A stretch of 64,000 nt of DNA, from assembly GCA_051251915.1 (NCBI GenBank), contig JBPOGF010000015.1, positions 1 through 64,000 of the forward strand, read 5' to 3'. Within the stretch, counting starts at the first letter, position 1. Each line of letters begins with the position of its first letter. Below are positions 49,935 through 60,253 of this stretch, in pieces. The notes beneath the pieces were generated by a model, which ran no database searches, had not been told where the DNA came from, and worked only from the letters and a program-made list of their open reading frames with translations. This DNA is from Akkermansiaceae bacterium. GTDB lineage: Bacteria; Verrucomicrobiota; Verrucomicrobiia; Verrucomicrobiales; Akkermansiaceae. Both the position numbers and the translations under genes were made by a program.

Positions 49935-49970
49935 AAAAAAAGGACTAGCTGATCACTCAAACTAGCCCCT
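49935..49970 (-). terminator. intrinsic terminator after gcvP
   Basis: Minus-strand stem with G-U pairs followed by a 7-U tract. Confidence 0.75.
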
Positions 49971-49991
49971 GTATGATTTTCCTTCTTAATC

Positions 49992-52826
49992 TTAACTCTC
50001 AGCGTATGCTTCCATCCCTATGCATGAACACATGAGATTTCGGTCACCGTGAACATTATCCACTCTGCCTACGTAAGGCCAGAATTTATGCTGGCGTAGA
50101 CTCGCCACAGGATAAGCGGCTTTTTCTCTGCTATATGGTCGATCCCAGCTATCACTAATCATCACTTCAGCTGTGTGAGGTGAGTTGGTAAGAACGTTGT
50201 TTTCCTTGTCCGCCTTGCCGTCGATTACCTCTTGGATTTCTCCGTGGATGGAAATAAGCGCGTCGCAGAATCTGTCCAATTCTAGCTTAGATTCAGACTC
50301 AGTAGGCTCTATCATCAGTGTGCCTGAGACAGGGAAACTCATAGTTGGCGCGTGGTAACCGTAATCGATCAAACGTTTCGCAACATCTTCCACTCCTATT
50401 CCAGAAGCATCAGTCAGCGGACGAACATCAATAATACATTCGTGCGCTACCAGCCCTTTGTTTCCTGTATACAAAATCGGGTAAAATTCTTTTAGACGAT
50501 GCGCTACATAGTTCGCGTTGAGGATAGCGATCTTGGTCGATTCCGTGAGACCTTCCGCACCCATCATTGCGATGTACATCCATGAAATAGTATTGATAGA
50601 GGCACTTCCAAATGGTGCGGCACTCACAGCACCTTCCTGCGAATCTGTATTTCTGTGTCCGGGAAGAAACGGGACAAGTTGCTTAGCAACACCGATAGGG
50701 CCGACTCCAGGACCTCCTCCACCATGTGGTATGCAGAAGGTCTTATGCAGATTTAAATGACACACATCAGCACCGATATGACCCGGACTAGTGAGGCCTA
50801 CCTGAGCGTTCATATTTGCTCCATCCATGTAAACCTGACCACCATTCGCATGGATCGTCTCACACATCACCTTAATTGTGGCTTCATAAACACCGTGAGT
50901 TGAGGGATAAGTTACCATCAAACACCCTAGGTTAGCTGCATGCTTTTCAGCCTGGGCAGTGAGATCAGTCACATCGATATTTCCTTCATCGTCGCATTTC
51001 ACCGGCACCACCTTGAAACCAGCCATGACAGCTGATGCGGGGTTTGTGCCATGAGCTGAAGTAGGAATAAGGCAGATATTTCTATCAGTATCACTATTTG
51101 CGATGTGGTATCGACGGATCGCTAACAGGCCGGCAAACTCACCCTGTGAACCCGCATTCGGCTGAAGCGAAACAGCTGCAAAACCTGTGATTTCAGCTAG
51201 CCACTCAGAGAGACTATCTAACATGTCAAGATAACCATGAGTCTGCGATTCTGGCGCAAATGGATGGATATTAGCAACTGTCGGCCATGAAAGCGGCATC
51301 ATTTCTGACGATGCATTTAACTTCATCGTGCACGAGCCAAGAGCGATCATCGATTCATTCAGGGCTAGATCACGCTTCTCTAATCTCGCCAAATAACGCA
51401 GCATTTCAGTCTCAGAATGATAACGGTTAAACACTTCAGCTGTGCAGAATGATGATTCACGGGTGAAGCTCCCTTCCCAGCCAAATGATTCATCCTCAGG
51501 CATCACAATGTCAGCATCTACGCCAAATGCCTGCAAGACTGCCATGCCATGTTCAGGCGTGTGCGTTTCATCAAATGAAAGCCCAACAGTATCAGAATCG
51601 ATCACGCGGAAATTAAGCCCAAACTCATGAGCTGAAGCATGGATCTCGTCCGCCTTACCCGGAGTTTTAACGGTCAAGGTATCGAAAAATACTTCATTAG
51701 TAAGTTCAAAGCCAGCCGCCTTGAGGTTATGCGCCACAACCGTCGCCATCTCGTGACACCCCATCGCGATAGTTTGTAAGCCTGCGGGTCCGTGGTAAAC
51801 TGCATACATCGAAGCCATCACAGCAAGTAACACCTGAGCAGTGCAAATGTTAGAAGTCGCCTTATCTCGACGGATATGCTGCTCGCGAGTTTGAAGCGCT
51901 AGTCGGTAAGCTGGTTTTCCATTAGAATCTATGGAAACTCCAATGATACGACCCGGAAGCTTGCGCTTAAGTGCATCTTTACAAGAAATGTATCCAGCAT
52001 GAGGTCCTCCAAAACCAAATGGAACACCGAATCTCTGACTAGAGCCTACTGCAATGTCCGCACCGAACTCACCAGGAGGACGAAGCACGGTCAGAGCAAG
52101 CAGATCAGCAGCTACAATAGTCATCGCTTTTGCTGCGTGAACCTTATCGTGAAATTCAGCGAAATCATGAACCCCACCGTCAACATCTGGATACTGCATG
52201 ATGGTAGCAAAAAGCCCCTCACAAGTAGCAGGATCAAATGACTTCCAATCACCCACTTTAACAATAATGCCGATTGGCTCACAACGGTTCTGCACAATAT
52301 CAATAGTCTGCGGCAAGCACTTATCCGAAACAAAAACAGTGGTTCCTTTTGACTTGCCAGATTTAGCCAGAGCCACCGCTTCAGCAGCTGCTGTTCCCTC
52401 ATCAAGAAGTGATGAATTTGCAATATCTAATCCAGTAAGCTCCGAAATCATCGTCTGATAATTGATCAGTGCTTCTAGTCTGCCCTGAGCAATTTCTGCT
52501 TGGTAAGGAGTGTAAGCAGTGTACCAACCTGGATTTTCAAGAATATTTCTCTGAATCACAGCTGGAGTCAAGGTGCCATAATAACCCTGACCTATGCATG
52601 AAGTCATCACTTCATTTTGATCCATGATCTGCTTGAGTAATCCAAGTGCTTCCACTTCAGAAAGCGCTTGAGGCAAATCCATTTCGTGATCAAAACGAAT
52701 GTTCGAAGGAACTGCCTCATCGATGAGATCTACGATGCGTTCGTATCCGAGTGTTCTGATCATTTCGTCACGATCATCGCCAAAGACGCCTACGTGGCGG
52801 CTACAAAAATCTATATGTGCTGACAT
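49992..52826 (-). CDS. gcvP: glycine dehydrogenase (P protein, single chain)
   Basis: [51 protein letters not shown]. Confidence 0.98.
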   Translation of the reverse strand: MSAHIDFCSRHVGVFGDDRDEMIRTLGYERIVDLIDEAVPSNIRFDHEMDLPQALSEVEALGLLKQIMDQNEVMTSCIGQGYYGTLTPAVIQRNILENPGWYTAYTPYQAEIAQGRLEALINYQTMISELTGLDIANSSLLDEGTAAAEAVALAKSGKSKGTTVFVSDKCLPQTIDIVQNRCEPIGIIVKVGDWKSFDPATCEGLFATIMQYPDVDGGVHDFAEFHDKVHAAKAMTIVAADLLALTVLRPPGEFGADIAVGSSQRFGVPFGFGGPHAGYISCKDALKRKLPGRIIGVSIDSNGKPAYRLALQTREQHIRRDKATSNICTAQVLLAVMASMYAVYHGPAGLQTIAMGCHEMATVVAHNLKAAGFELTNEVFFDTLTVKTPGKADEIHASAHEFGLNFRVIDSDTVGLSFDETHTPEHGMAVLQAFGVDADIVMPEDESFGWEGSFTRESSFCTAEVFNRYHSETEMLRYLARLEKRDLALNESMIALGSCTMKLNASSEMMPLSWPTVANIHPFAPESQTHGYLDMLDSLSEWLAEITGFAAVSLQPNAGSQGEFAGLLAIRRYHIANSDTDRNICLIPTSAHGTNPASAVMAGFKVVPVKCDDEGNIDVTDLTAQAEKHAANLGCLMVTYPSTHGVYEATIKVMCETIHANGGQVYMDGANMNAQVGLTSPGHIGADVCHLNLHKTFCIPHGGGGPGVGPIGVAKQLVPFLPGHRNTDSQEGAVSAAPFGSASINTISWMYIAMMGAEGLTESTKIAILNANYVAHRLKEFYPILYTGNKGLVAHECIIDVRPLTDASGIGVEDVAKRLIDYGYHAPTMSFPVSGTLMIEPTESESKLELDRFCDALISIHGEIQEVIDGKADKENNVLTNSPHTAEVMISDSWDRPYSREKAAYPVASLRQHKFWPYVGRVDNVHGDRNLMCSCIGMEAYAES

Positions 52827-52849
52827 GGTTGTTAGGTATAAGTTGATTA

Positions 52850-52889
52850 GTTTAAAAGAAAGAAAGGAACATGATGCATGCTCCCTTCT
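52850..52889 (-). terminator. terminator-like hairpin between gcvH and gcvP
   Basis: Minus strand AGAAGGGAGCATG-CAT-CATGTTCCTTTCT (13 bp including 2 G-U) followed by TTCTTTT. Confidence 0.6.
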
Positions 52890-52931
52890 CAGTGAATTTA
52901 GGATAATGTTTTGTTACTTTTAGCGAGCTAT

Positions 52932-53312
52932 CTAGCCACCTATGTGTGCAGTATATGCCGCGGCATCCATCAGTGATTCAACATCAGTTAGATCTTGGAT
53001 CTTCATCTTGAAAATCCAGCCTTTCCCATGCGGATCAGTATTCACAAGCCCAGGATCAGCTTCCAGATCTAGATTTGTCTCCACTATCTCACCAGCCAAT
53101 GGCGCGTATATGTCAGATGCAGCTTTAACAGATTCCACAACTGCAATCCCCTCTTCTTCCACACATTCGCGGCCAATTTCTGGAAGCTCTACAAAAACAA
53201 TATCAGTAAGTTCTTCCTGAGCATGCTCGGTGATTCCTACTGTGGCGACATCGCCCTCAAGGGCTATCCATTCATGGTCTGCTGTGTATTTTAAGTTTGC
53301 TGGTATGCTCAT
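52932..53312 (-). CDS. gcvH: glycine cleavage system H protein
   Basis: YTADHEW, lipoyl-lysine motif VESVKAASD, NTDP.GKGW. Confidence 0.98.
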   Translation of the reverse strand: MSIPANLKYTADHEWIALEGDVATVGITEHAQEELTDIVFVELPEIGRECVEEEGIAVVESVKAASDIYAPLAGEIVETNLDLEADPGLVNTDPHGKGWIFKMKIQDLTDVESLMDAAAYTAHIGG

Positions 53313-53356
53313 AATAAATTGTTCGGTTAAATTGTTGTTAGTCTTTTATGGATAAA

Positions 53357-54442
53357 TTAGTCCTTCTTGTAAAAAGGTTTTTTCACGACCTTAGCAGAGA
53401 ATTTCCTACCACGGACATCGATATCTACTTCTGTTCCTACTTTGGCAAATTCCACTGGCAAATAGCCCATACCAATTCCCTCTTTCAGACTCGGCGAGAA
53501 AACTCCACTAGTAAGCTCGCTAATCTGATTTCCCTCTTTAGAAAATACACCATAATGCGCACGTGGCGGAGCTCCTTTTCCGGTGTATTTGATCGCCACT
53601 AGGCGCTCCTTCATACCTTGCTCCTTTTGCTGTTTTAGCACATCTCGTCCGATAAATGGTTTATCTAATGCGCAGAAAAAACCTAAGCCAGCCTGTACTG
53701 GTGTCCTCTCTGGCGATAAATCTGAGCCGTTGAGCGGATAGCAGACTTCCAGCCTTAGACTATCACGCGCACCAAGTCCACAAGGTTTAGCTCCAGCATC
53801 TATGAATTTCTTAAACCATGTAGAACCCTGCTCAGCAGACACAAAGAGCTCAAACCCGTCCTCCCCCGTGTAACCAGTACGACAGACAATAAATTTCTGG
53901 CCGTCTTGCTCCCAAGTATCAATACCATTTCTACTAGGCAACTCACGATCAGGAAGCAGTTTCGCATAAGCCTCTACAGCATCCGGCCCCTGCACCGCCA
54001 TGCCTGCCCATGCATCAGACTCATTCGTCAACGTGAGTCCGTCAGCTAAGTGCTTATTAAGCCACGCAAAATCTTCATCGATCTTCGATGCATTCACCAC
54101 GAGGAAAATCTGATCCTCTCCGAAGCGGTAAATGATTAAATCATCGATCACCCCGCCCTGCTCATTCAGCATAAAAGTATATTGGGCTTCGCCGATGGCT
54201 AGCTTGTTTACATCGTTTGCTAAAATGCCATTAAGCCATTCTTCAGATCCTGCACCTACAAGAAAAAACTGACCCATATGAGAGATATCAAAAATCCCCA
54301 CAGACTCACGTACCGTATTGTGCTCATCCATATTAGAAGTATATTGCACTGGCATATTCCAGCCTGCAAAGGGAACCATTTTACCTCCTAACTCAATGTG
54401 AAGTGCCTCTAGAGGAGATGATTGAATTGCTTGATCGCTCAT
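53357..54442 (-). CDS. gcvT: glycine cleavage system aminomethyltransferase T
   Basis: FAGWNMPVQY, FDISHMG, GGVIDD, RTGYTGEDGFE, GLGARDSLRLE. Confidence 0.97.
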   Translation of the reverse strand: MSDQAIQSSPLEALHIELGGKMVPFAGWNMPVQYTSNMDEHNTVRESVGIFDISHMGQFFLVGAGSEEWLNGILANDVNKLAIGEAQYTFMLNEQGGVIDDLIIYRFGEDQIFLVVNASKIDEDFAWLNKHLADGLTLTNESDAWAGMAVQGPDAVEAYAKLLPDRELPSRNGIDTWEQDGQKFIVCRTGYTGEDGFELFVSAEQGSTWFKKFIDAGAKPCGLGARDSLRLEVCYPLNGSDLSPERTPVQAGLGFFCALDKPFIGRDVLKQQKEQGMKERLVAIKYTGKGAPPRAHYGVFSKEGNQISELTSGVFSPSLKEGIGMGYLPVEFAKVGTEVDIDVRGRKFSAKVVKKPFYKKD

Positions 54443-54560
54443 ATGCACGCAGTAGGTATGAAATTCGTGAAAATGTCAATAATACAGCGAAATATTAAGC
54501 GATTGTTTTGCTCTATGAGCAACATAAATCCTCATCATGAATCATGTTGCTGAATCAACC

Positions 54561-55151
54561 TCATTCTGCCTGCTTCAAATGAAACATGAACTTTTCTTCG
54601 TTCTCTTTAGTTATCGTTGCAAGAGCAACAGGTCCTACACCCTTTTTATAGTAGCTCTTAGTCTTCATCCCATTACCCATAGTCTGTTCTAGGACAAGCA
54701 GCCCATCCATATTGAAACCTTTGATTGCAACTCCCCCATCTAAAGTAACTACTTTACTAGTCACTTCAAATCCCCTGATCTTCGATGTCCAAGTATAACC
54801 TTCCTTCAATTTGGAAACAGAGGGCATTGCTAAAACCTCAGTTTTAAACCCTGTATTGATCACGTAAAGATTACCCTCTTCATCTACACGAGCCAAACCC
54901 TCGGTGGGATATTTCTTTTCACCAGCTTTATCCAACATCCAATTCTTTGTTAGATAGTATTTCATACCTTCTTGTTCTTTCGTTTCACCTGTATATTGTG
55001 AAATAGACTCAGCTATGCCCCCTCCAGCCACTCCGTCAATATAAGTAAATACAGTCTGTTTTTTCTCACTGACTGGGAAATACGGATGATCTGCCAGTGT
55101 GATTGCTATACTCCAGAGTAATGTAAATAATGATATGCATGCTAATTTCAT
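54561..55151 (-). CDS. exported beta-rich hypothetical protein
   Basis: Signal peptide; YFPV near the mature N-terminus and YYKKGVGPV near the C-terminus. Confidence 0.78.
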   Translation of the reverse strand: MKLACISLFTLLWSIAITLADHPYFPVSEKKQTVFTYIDGVAGGGIAESISQYTGETKEQEGMKYYLTKNWMLDKAGEKKYPTEGLARVDEEGNLYVINTGFKTEVLAMPSVSKLKEGYTWTSKIRGFEVTSKVVTLDGGVAIKGFNMDGLLVLEQTMGNGMKTKSYYKKGVGPVALATITKENEEKFMFHLKQAE

Positions 55152-55325
55152 AGTGGTTTGTTTATGTTTAAATTAATAATATGATCTATGTTTATTTAAG
55201 TCCCAATCATTTTGATGCATTAGAGCAAAACAAGTCAAACCAGTAATTGATTTTTAACAGAATAATCCTTCATCATTGGGTGAAAAATAGTTCGCTATTC
55301 TTAGTCCCTAAACTATAAATAATGC

Positions 55326-56015
55326 ATGGAAAATCCTTATCAAACACCTGACTCAAACCCACACTCTCCTGATATCCCTAAATCGCCTCAAGATTTAGAC
55401 ATCCCAGGTCTCAGCAATGCAGTCTATCCCCTATTTGTTTCTTTCAAGATTCTAGCATTCGCCCCACAGTTGCAGATCACAGACTCTGCAGGTAGATCAC
55501 TCGTCTACGTAAAACAAAAACTATTCAAATTTAAGGAGAAGGTAGACATCTTCACAGATAAGTCCAAAACCACCCAACTAGGCACCATCAAAGCGAACAA
55601 GGTGATCGACTGGTCAGCACGTTACTTCTTCGCCAGTAATGACGGTAGTGAAATTGGCTCCGTAGGCAGAAAAGGAATGCGTTCCCTCTGGAAAGCGAGT
55701 TACGAAACCTTCAACCCCGGAGACGACACTCCAGACTACCACATCTCCGAGGAAAACCCTATGTCCAAGGTGTTTGATAGTCTCATAGGTGAAATCCCCA
55801 TCGTAGGAATGGCGACCTCTTACCTGTTTAATCCAAAGTATCTAGCAACTCAGAAAAGCAACGGCGAAGGAGTCATGCGTGTCACCAAAAAACCTGCACT
55901 TTGGGAAGGTAAATTCCAGATCGACAAGCTATCAGATGCACTCACACCACAGCAGGAGCTCAATCTCATTTTCTCCTTCATCATGCTTCTTCTGTTAGAA
56001 CGCTCACGTGGCTAA
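55326..56015 (+). CDS. LURP-one/scramblase-like (tubby C-terminal fold) protein
   Basis: YVKQKLFKFKEKV.IF.D and G.V.RKGMRSLW; N-terminal NPYQTP; the family call is an inference. Confidence 0.65.
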   Translation: MENPYQTPDSNPHSPDIPKSPQDLDIPGLSNAVYPLFVSFKILAFAPQLQITDSAGRSLVYVKQKLFKFKEKVDIFTDKSKTTQLGTIKANKVIDWSARYFFASNDGSEIGSVGRKGMRSLWKASYETFNPGDDTPDYHISEENPMSKVFDSLIGEIPIVGMATSYLFNPKYLATQKSNGEGVMRVTKKPALWEGKFQIDKLSDALTPQQELNLIFSFIMLLLLERSRG

Positions 56016-56915
56016 ATGAACCAGTGCCAACAGACCGTAATCCCCCACCAAGAATGGAGGGACACAGCTGAGCTCTTCACCCAGCAAGTGAAGAGTTGGA
56101 CTGAGCCCTACCGCAAGAAAAAGGGCAAAGGAGCCAAGCACCCAGTGCATGATTTCCTATTCTCCTACTATTCCTATTCCATGGGGAGATTAGAAACCTG
56201 GCATCCAGGATTCGGCGTTCTGTTAGAGTCTCCACCGCTAGACCATTTCAGTAGTAAATATTACCGTGAAATCAACGGCACTGTCTTCTTGGACCCCACG
56301 CTCATGCCTCATAAGCGCATTCCTAGACTGCGCTGGATTCAGAAACTGTTAGAATCAACTCAAGAACGCCCGGCTAACTTCTCATGCTTCGGATTACATG
56401 AATGGGCAATGGTTTACCAAGCAGAAGACGTGCGTCACCGCGAGTCAGCACCACTTCGACTTACCCAACAAGAAACTAACAAAGTTTTAGAGAGCAGAAC
56501 GGTGCGCTGCACCCACTATGATGCATATCGCTTCTTCTCATCCTCTGCCCACAGTATGAACAAGCTCAACCCTGAAAGTGAAACCCTCCCCGAGTTCGAG
56601 CAACCAGGCTGTCTACACACCAATATGGACCTCTACAAATGGTGTTACAAAGCCATGCCTTGGATCTCCAGCGACATACTCTGGCAATGCTTTCTTCTCG
56701 CCAAGGACATCCGCGAACTAGACATGCGAGCCTCCCCCTACGATCTAACAGAATACAACCTGACCCCAGTTAAAATAGAAACCAAACAAGGCCGCGAAGA
56801 ATACGAATCTCTCCAACGCTCCTTCTCTCTCCGATCCGAAGCAATAAGAAAATCCCTGATCCAACAGCTTAATAGCGTTCTCAATATCGCCGAGGGTATT
56901 GAAAATCGGCTTTAG
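56016..56915 (+). CDS. conserved uncharacterised protein (family often labelled 3-methyladenine DNA glycosylase)
   Basis: HPVHDFLF.YY, CFGLHEWAMVY, CTHYDAYRFF, EQPGCLH.NMDLYKW, LDMRASPYDL. Confidence 0.75.
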   Translation: MNQCQQTVIPHQEWRDTAELFTQQVKSWTEPYRKKKGKGAKHPVHDFLFSYYSYSMGRLETWHPGFGVLLESPPLDHFSSKYYREINGTVFLDPTLMPHKRIPRLRWIQKLLESTQERPANFSCFGLHEWAMVYQAEDVRHRESAPLRLTQQETNKVLESRTVRCTHYDAYRFFSSSAHSMNKLNPESETLPEFEQPGCLHTNMDLYKWCYKAMPWISSDILWQCFLLAKDIRELDMRASPYDLTEYNLTPVKIETKQGREEYESLQRSFSLRSEAIRKSLIQQLNSVLNIAEGIENRL

Positions 56916-56930
56916 TAAATCATTCGCATA

Positions 56931-59147
56931 CTATGGCTTCTGTCCTAACAATGCTTGAACTCGCGTAAAGTTCTCTTTTGCCTTTGCTAAATCTTCAGGA
57001 GTCGTGAATCTTGGTTTTAACCCAACAGCATTTTGGTAGAACTCTACCGCCTTAGGCAAGTCTCTCTCTAGACCGTGACTACCTTTTTCATAGATTTCAC
57101 CTAGGTCAATCATTGCATCAATATGTTTTTTTACAGCAGCCTGTTCTAGTAGCCTTAGACCTTCCGTAATATCATGTATAACATTCCCTTCATTAAGGTA
57201 GATAACTCCCAAACAATAAGCTGAATATTGGCTCCCTAGATCTATTGATTTTTTTAGATACTCGACCCCTCGAACAGGATTTGGCTTGAGTCCAGCCTCT
57301 CCATAAAATATAGCTTTACCTAGGAAATAATAACAACTTGATTTTAAATGCCCTGCTGCCGAGGCACTTCTTAAAAGCTCGATCGCCTTATCTCCATTCT
57401 TCTCTACTCCCTCGCCATTAAGATAGCAAATGCCTAAATTATATGCAGAATATGCGTCGTTGAGATCATTGCCTATTCTGGCGTATTTGACAGTTAAATC
57501 CACATCCTTAGGATTTCCAAGATCCCCATCCCGATAAATTGTTATCACTTTCCTAATCGCCAGTCTGTTTCCCTTATCTGCAGCCTTAATATAGAGTTCT
57601 AGAGCTTTCACAGGATTTCTTTCAACGTGCTGCCCATTCCTGTAGAGTGTGGCCAAAGCTTCTTGGCTAACAGGATGATTAGCTTCCACAGCCTTATTCA
57701 GCCACTTTAGTCCTTCTTCTTCATTCTGCTCTATCCCGTGCCCACGAAGTGTACGAAGTGCGTATTCTGTCATGCTATACCCATGCCCTTTTTCCGCAAA
57801 AGACCTATAAAGTTCTACCAATTTAGGTTGACCAACTTGTCTGCCGTATTTTCCGATGATCAACTGATGGTAATCGGATAGCCGATTAGTGAGATACTGA
57901 TCAGCCGCTTTCACGTCCTCTTTTGCTGTATCAATAAAGTATTGCTCATACCACCTCTCGGCGGCATCTATGTTCTTAGAGACACCATAATGGCCATGAA
58001 ATAATGCATCTGCGAGTTTAACTTTAGCAGGAGTATAGCCAGCTTCAGCCGATTTGGTCATCCAGTATATCATCAGCTTAGGGCTATGATCAACCCCGTA
58101 GCCCTTTCCATAGAAAAGGGCTAAGTTAGATTGTGCAATGAAATCTCCTTGCTCAGCCGATTTCTTATATAGCTCAGATGCTTTTAAAATATCCTTAGGC
58201 ACCCCGATTCCGTGCTCATAATTATAACCTAATACTAACTGAGCCTGTGCATGATCCTGGTTTACCGCTAAATTCAAATATTTTATCTCTGTTTCAATAT
58301 GCTCATAGATCCCAGAGCCCTTACGGTTAACAAGTGCCCATTTATACTGCATATCAGCGTTGCCAGCGACTGCGTCCTTGACGAGCATATCTTCATCCAC
58401 ATAGCTGAAAAAGTCTTTTGAAAATGGGCGTGTCTTGGCACCATGTTTCATCACCGCAAGCCTATTATTAGCAAGTTTAAGCACGTTGGTGGCAGGCTGA
58501 TAACCTGCGTCGGCATCAAGCTCTAAAAGCTCTCGGTCAACATGCTTGTAAAAATCGTAGTCAAATGACTTACCAAATGCGCAGAATTCTTCAGATTTTT
58601 TCCGGTTTTCTATGAGGTCTATTGCTTGCCTAACTTCTAAGTTTCCCGCAGCCGCATCTTTCTTCAGAAGGTCAAAATCAAAATATTCAACGGCACGTGG
58701 GTTGAACGCTTTCCCTATCTGAACAGAAGACGTGAGCAGCGCTCTGTTAGATAGAAGATTGACTAGTTGTTTGGCATTATCATTCCCAGCATCAGCATCG
58801 GCCTGAAGCATCGTTAGATCAAAATGCTCTAATGTTTCATTGGGGATAGATTTACCCAGCTGGATGAGTTCTTGGGCCGCCATCTTGTTATCATACCTCT
58901 CTAAAATTTGTGCGGCATAAGAGCCTCCTTCTTCGGCATCTTTTCTGAGAAGATCGATGTCTATTTGCTCCTCTAGATCATCAGGCAGAGGTTTACCTTG
59001 GACGATTAGTTTGCCTGCTACGATACGGTTTTTCAACACAGAGTTCTTTGCATCACTCTGTATTCTAATTAACAAGACACCAGCTACCAGGGCACACAAC
59101 AACAAGACGGCTACCATCCTAACAAGATTCTTTTGACACTTCATCAT
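56931..59147 (-). CDS. membrane-anchored Sel1-repeat protein with N-terminal 47-aa repeats
   Basis: Several Sel1 units such as AQLVLGYNYEHGIGVPKD..KA.ELY.KSAEQG. Confidence 0.9.
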   Translation of the reverse strand: MMKCQKNLVRMVAVLLLCALVAGVLLIRIQSDAKNSVLKNRIVAGKLIVQGKPLPDDLEEQIDIDLLRKDAEEGGSYAAQILERYDNKMAAQELIQLGKSIPNETLEHFDLTMLQADADAGNDNAKQLVNLLSNRALLTSSVQIGKAFNPRAVEYFDFDLLKKDAAAGNLEVRQAIDLIENRKKSEEFCAFGKSFDYDFYKHVDRELLELDADAGYQPATNVLKLANNRLAVMKHGAKTRPFSKDFFSYVDEDMLVKDAVAGNADMQYKWALVNRKGSGIYEHIETEIKYLNLAVNQDHAQAQLVLGYNYEHGIGVPKDILKASELYKKSAEQGDFIAQSNLALFYGKGYGVDHSPKLMIYWMTKSAEAGYTPAKVKLADALFHGHYGVSKNIDAAERWYEQYFIDTAKEDVKAADQYLTNRLSDYHQLIIGKYGRQVGQPKLVELYRSFAEKGHGYSMTEYALRTLRGHGIEQNEEEGLKWLNKAVEANHPVSQEALATLYRNGQHVERNPVKALELYIKAADKGNRLAIRKVITIYRDGDLGNPKDVDLTVKYARIGNDLNDAYSAYNLGICYLNGEGVEKNGDKAIELLRSASAAGHLKSSCYYFLGKAIFYGEAGLKPNPVRGVEYLKKSIDLGSQYSAYCLGVIYLNEGNVIHDITEGLRLLEQAAVKKHIDAMIDLGEIYEKGSHGLERDLPKAVEFYQNAVGLKPRFTTPEDLAKAKENFTRVQALLGQKP

Positions 59148-59254
59148 CTAATGTTTAAAGCAAATTATAACCTTACACAAGCTCGCTCTATGAAATCAGC
59201 GCAAGCCGTCACCAACTTTCTCATATCTCCACTTCGACAAAAAGTATACCACTC

Positions 59255-60157
59255 CTAGCTTAATTTCTCAGCATATTGTTTAGTCTCATCAATGAATTCT
59301 TGTGCAATGGGTTTGATCAGACCTTGATACAATATCCCAATGATGAGCGGTGAAAAGCCATCTAGAGGAATCACATGGCAACCTTCAGCAATGAATTTCT
59401 CACCAGATTCTCCCGGGACGGCTACCGCTATACCAGCCCCGAAACCTCGTCTCACATAGCTCTGAATCACATCGAGAGAGTTCACTTCCACGCTAACATC
59501 CCAAGCTATTTTACGCTCTTGCAGGCCTTTCTGGAAAATCTGCTGTAATGCTTCATGCGGCGGCAGCCCCACTAGCGGGATCTTCGCTTTCAAGCCTGTC
59601 CCATCATCACTTTCCTCAATGAGATCATCCAGCGTCTTCACCTTACACGTCTCAGGCACCAACAGCACAATGGGTAATCTCAGCAACTCTTCCGCCTTCA
59701 GCCCGTCAGTAAGTTTTCCGTAGATGATACTAATCGCGATGTCCGCCTGTTGGTTGATCAGACTAGTATAAATGGCAGCAGGATCCACTTCTCTTAAACT
59801 GAGTTTCAAATCAGGAATCCGCAGCTTCATTCTCTCTAGAACATTCGGTAAATGTGTCCGCAACACAGATGCAGAAGCGCAGACTCTTAGATGCTTCCCT
59901 AACTCCCCTTTCAAGCTCTCTTCCATCTGCCCCATCTGTGAGAAAAATGGATACACATAATCATAAAGTTCATCCCCCTCTGGCGTCAGAGCGAATGGAC
60001 GTCGGTTAAAAAGCTTCACCCCTAGCTCACTTTCTAACTGTAATATCTGCCCACTCACCGCTGGTTGCTGAATCCCATATGGCATCTTCCTCACCGCAGC
60101 AGTGATGCCTTCAAATTTTGCAACGTAGTAAAATAGCTCTAAGTGATGAACATTCAT
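59255..60157 (-). CDS. LysR family transcriptional regulator
   Basis: HTH region LELFYYVA...QQPAVSGQILQLE.ELGVKLF.R; ATG at 60157. Confidence 0.93.
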   Translation of the reverse strand: MNVHHLELFYYVAKFEGITAAVRKMPYGIQQPAVSGQILQLESELGVKLFNRRPFALTPEGDELYDYVYPFFSQMGQMEESLKGELGKHLRVCASASVLRTHLPNVLERMKLRIPDLKLSLREVDPAAIYTSLINQQADIAISIIYGKLTDGLKAEELLRLPIVLLVPETCKVKTLDDLIEESDDGTGLKAKIPLVGLPPHEALQQIFQKGLQERKIAWDVSVEVNSLDVIQSYVRRGFGAGIAVAVPGESGEKFIAEGCHVIPLDGFSPLIIGILYQGLIKPIAQEFIDETKQYAEKLS

Positions 60158-60182
60158 ATGGCATATGTAACAACAATCTATT

Positions 60183-60197
60183 ATCACTTTCAATGAT
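60183..60197. promoter_or_regulatory. putative LysR box (ATCA-N7-TGAT, T-N11-A)
   Basis: Dyad in the divergent intergenic region between lysR and the phosphoesterase gene. Confidence 0.45.
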
Positions 60198-60253
60198 GAT
60201 CTTAGGATATTTCCATCGACCGACTGCATTTTTCACCTATAGTCCCCCAAGCA

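Noticed and set aside
54443..54560. Glycine riboswitch upstream of gcvT
   Set aside because: The gap is short, has a TTGACA close to the start, and lacks recognisable glycine aptamer motifs; the AGCAACAT/ATGTTGCT repeat more likely ends the upstream gene's transcript.
31863..56591. KOPS-like GGGGAGGG (+, 31863) and CCCTCCCC (56584) pointing towards the candidate dif
   Set aside because: Two octamers found by eye are not significant, and the KOPS motif of this lineage is unknown to me.
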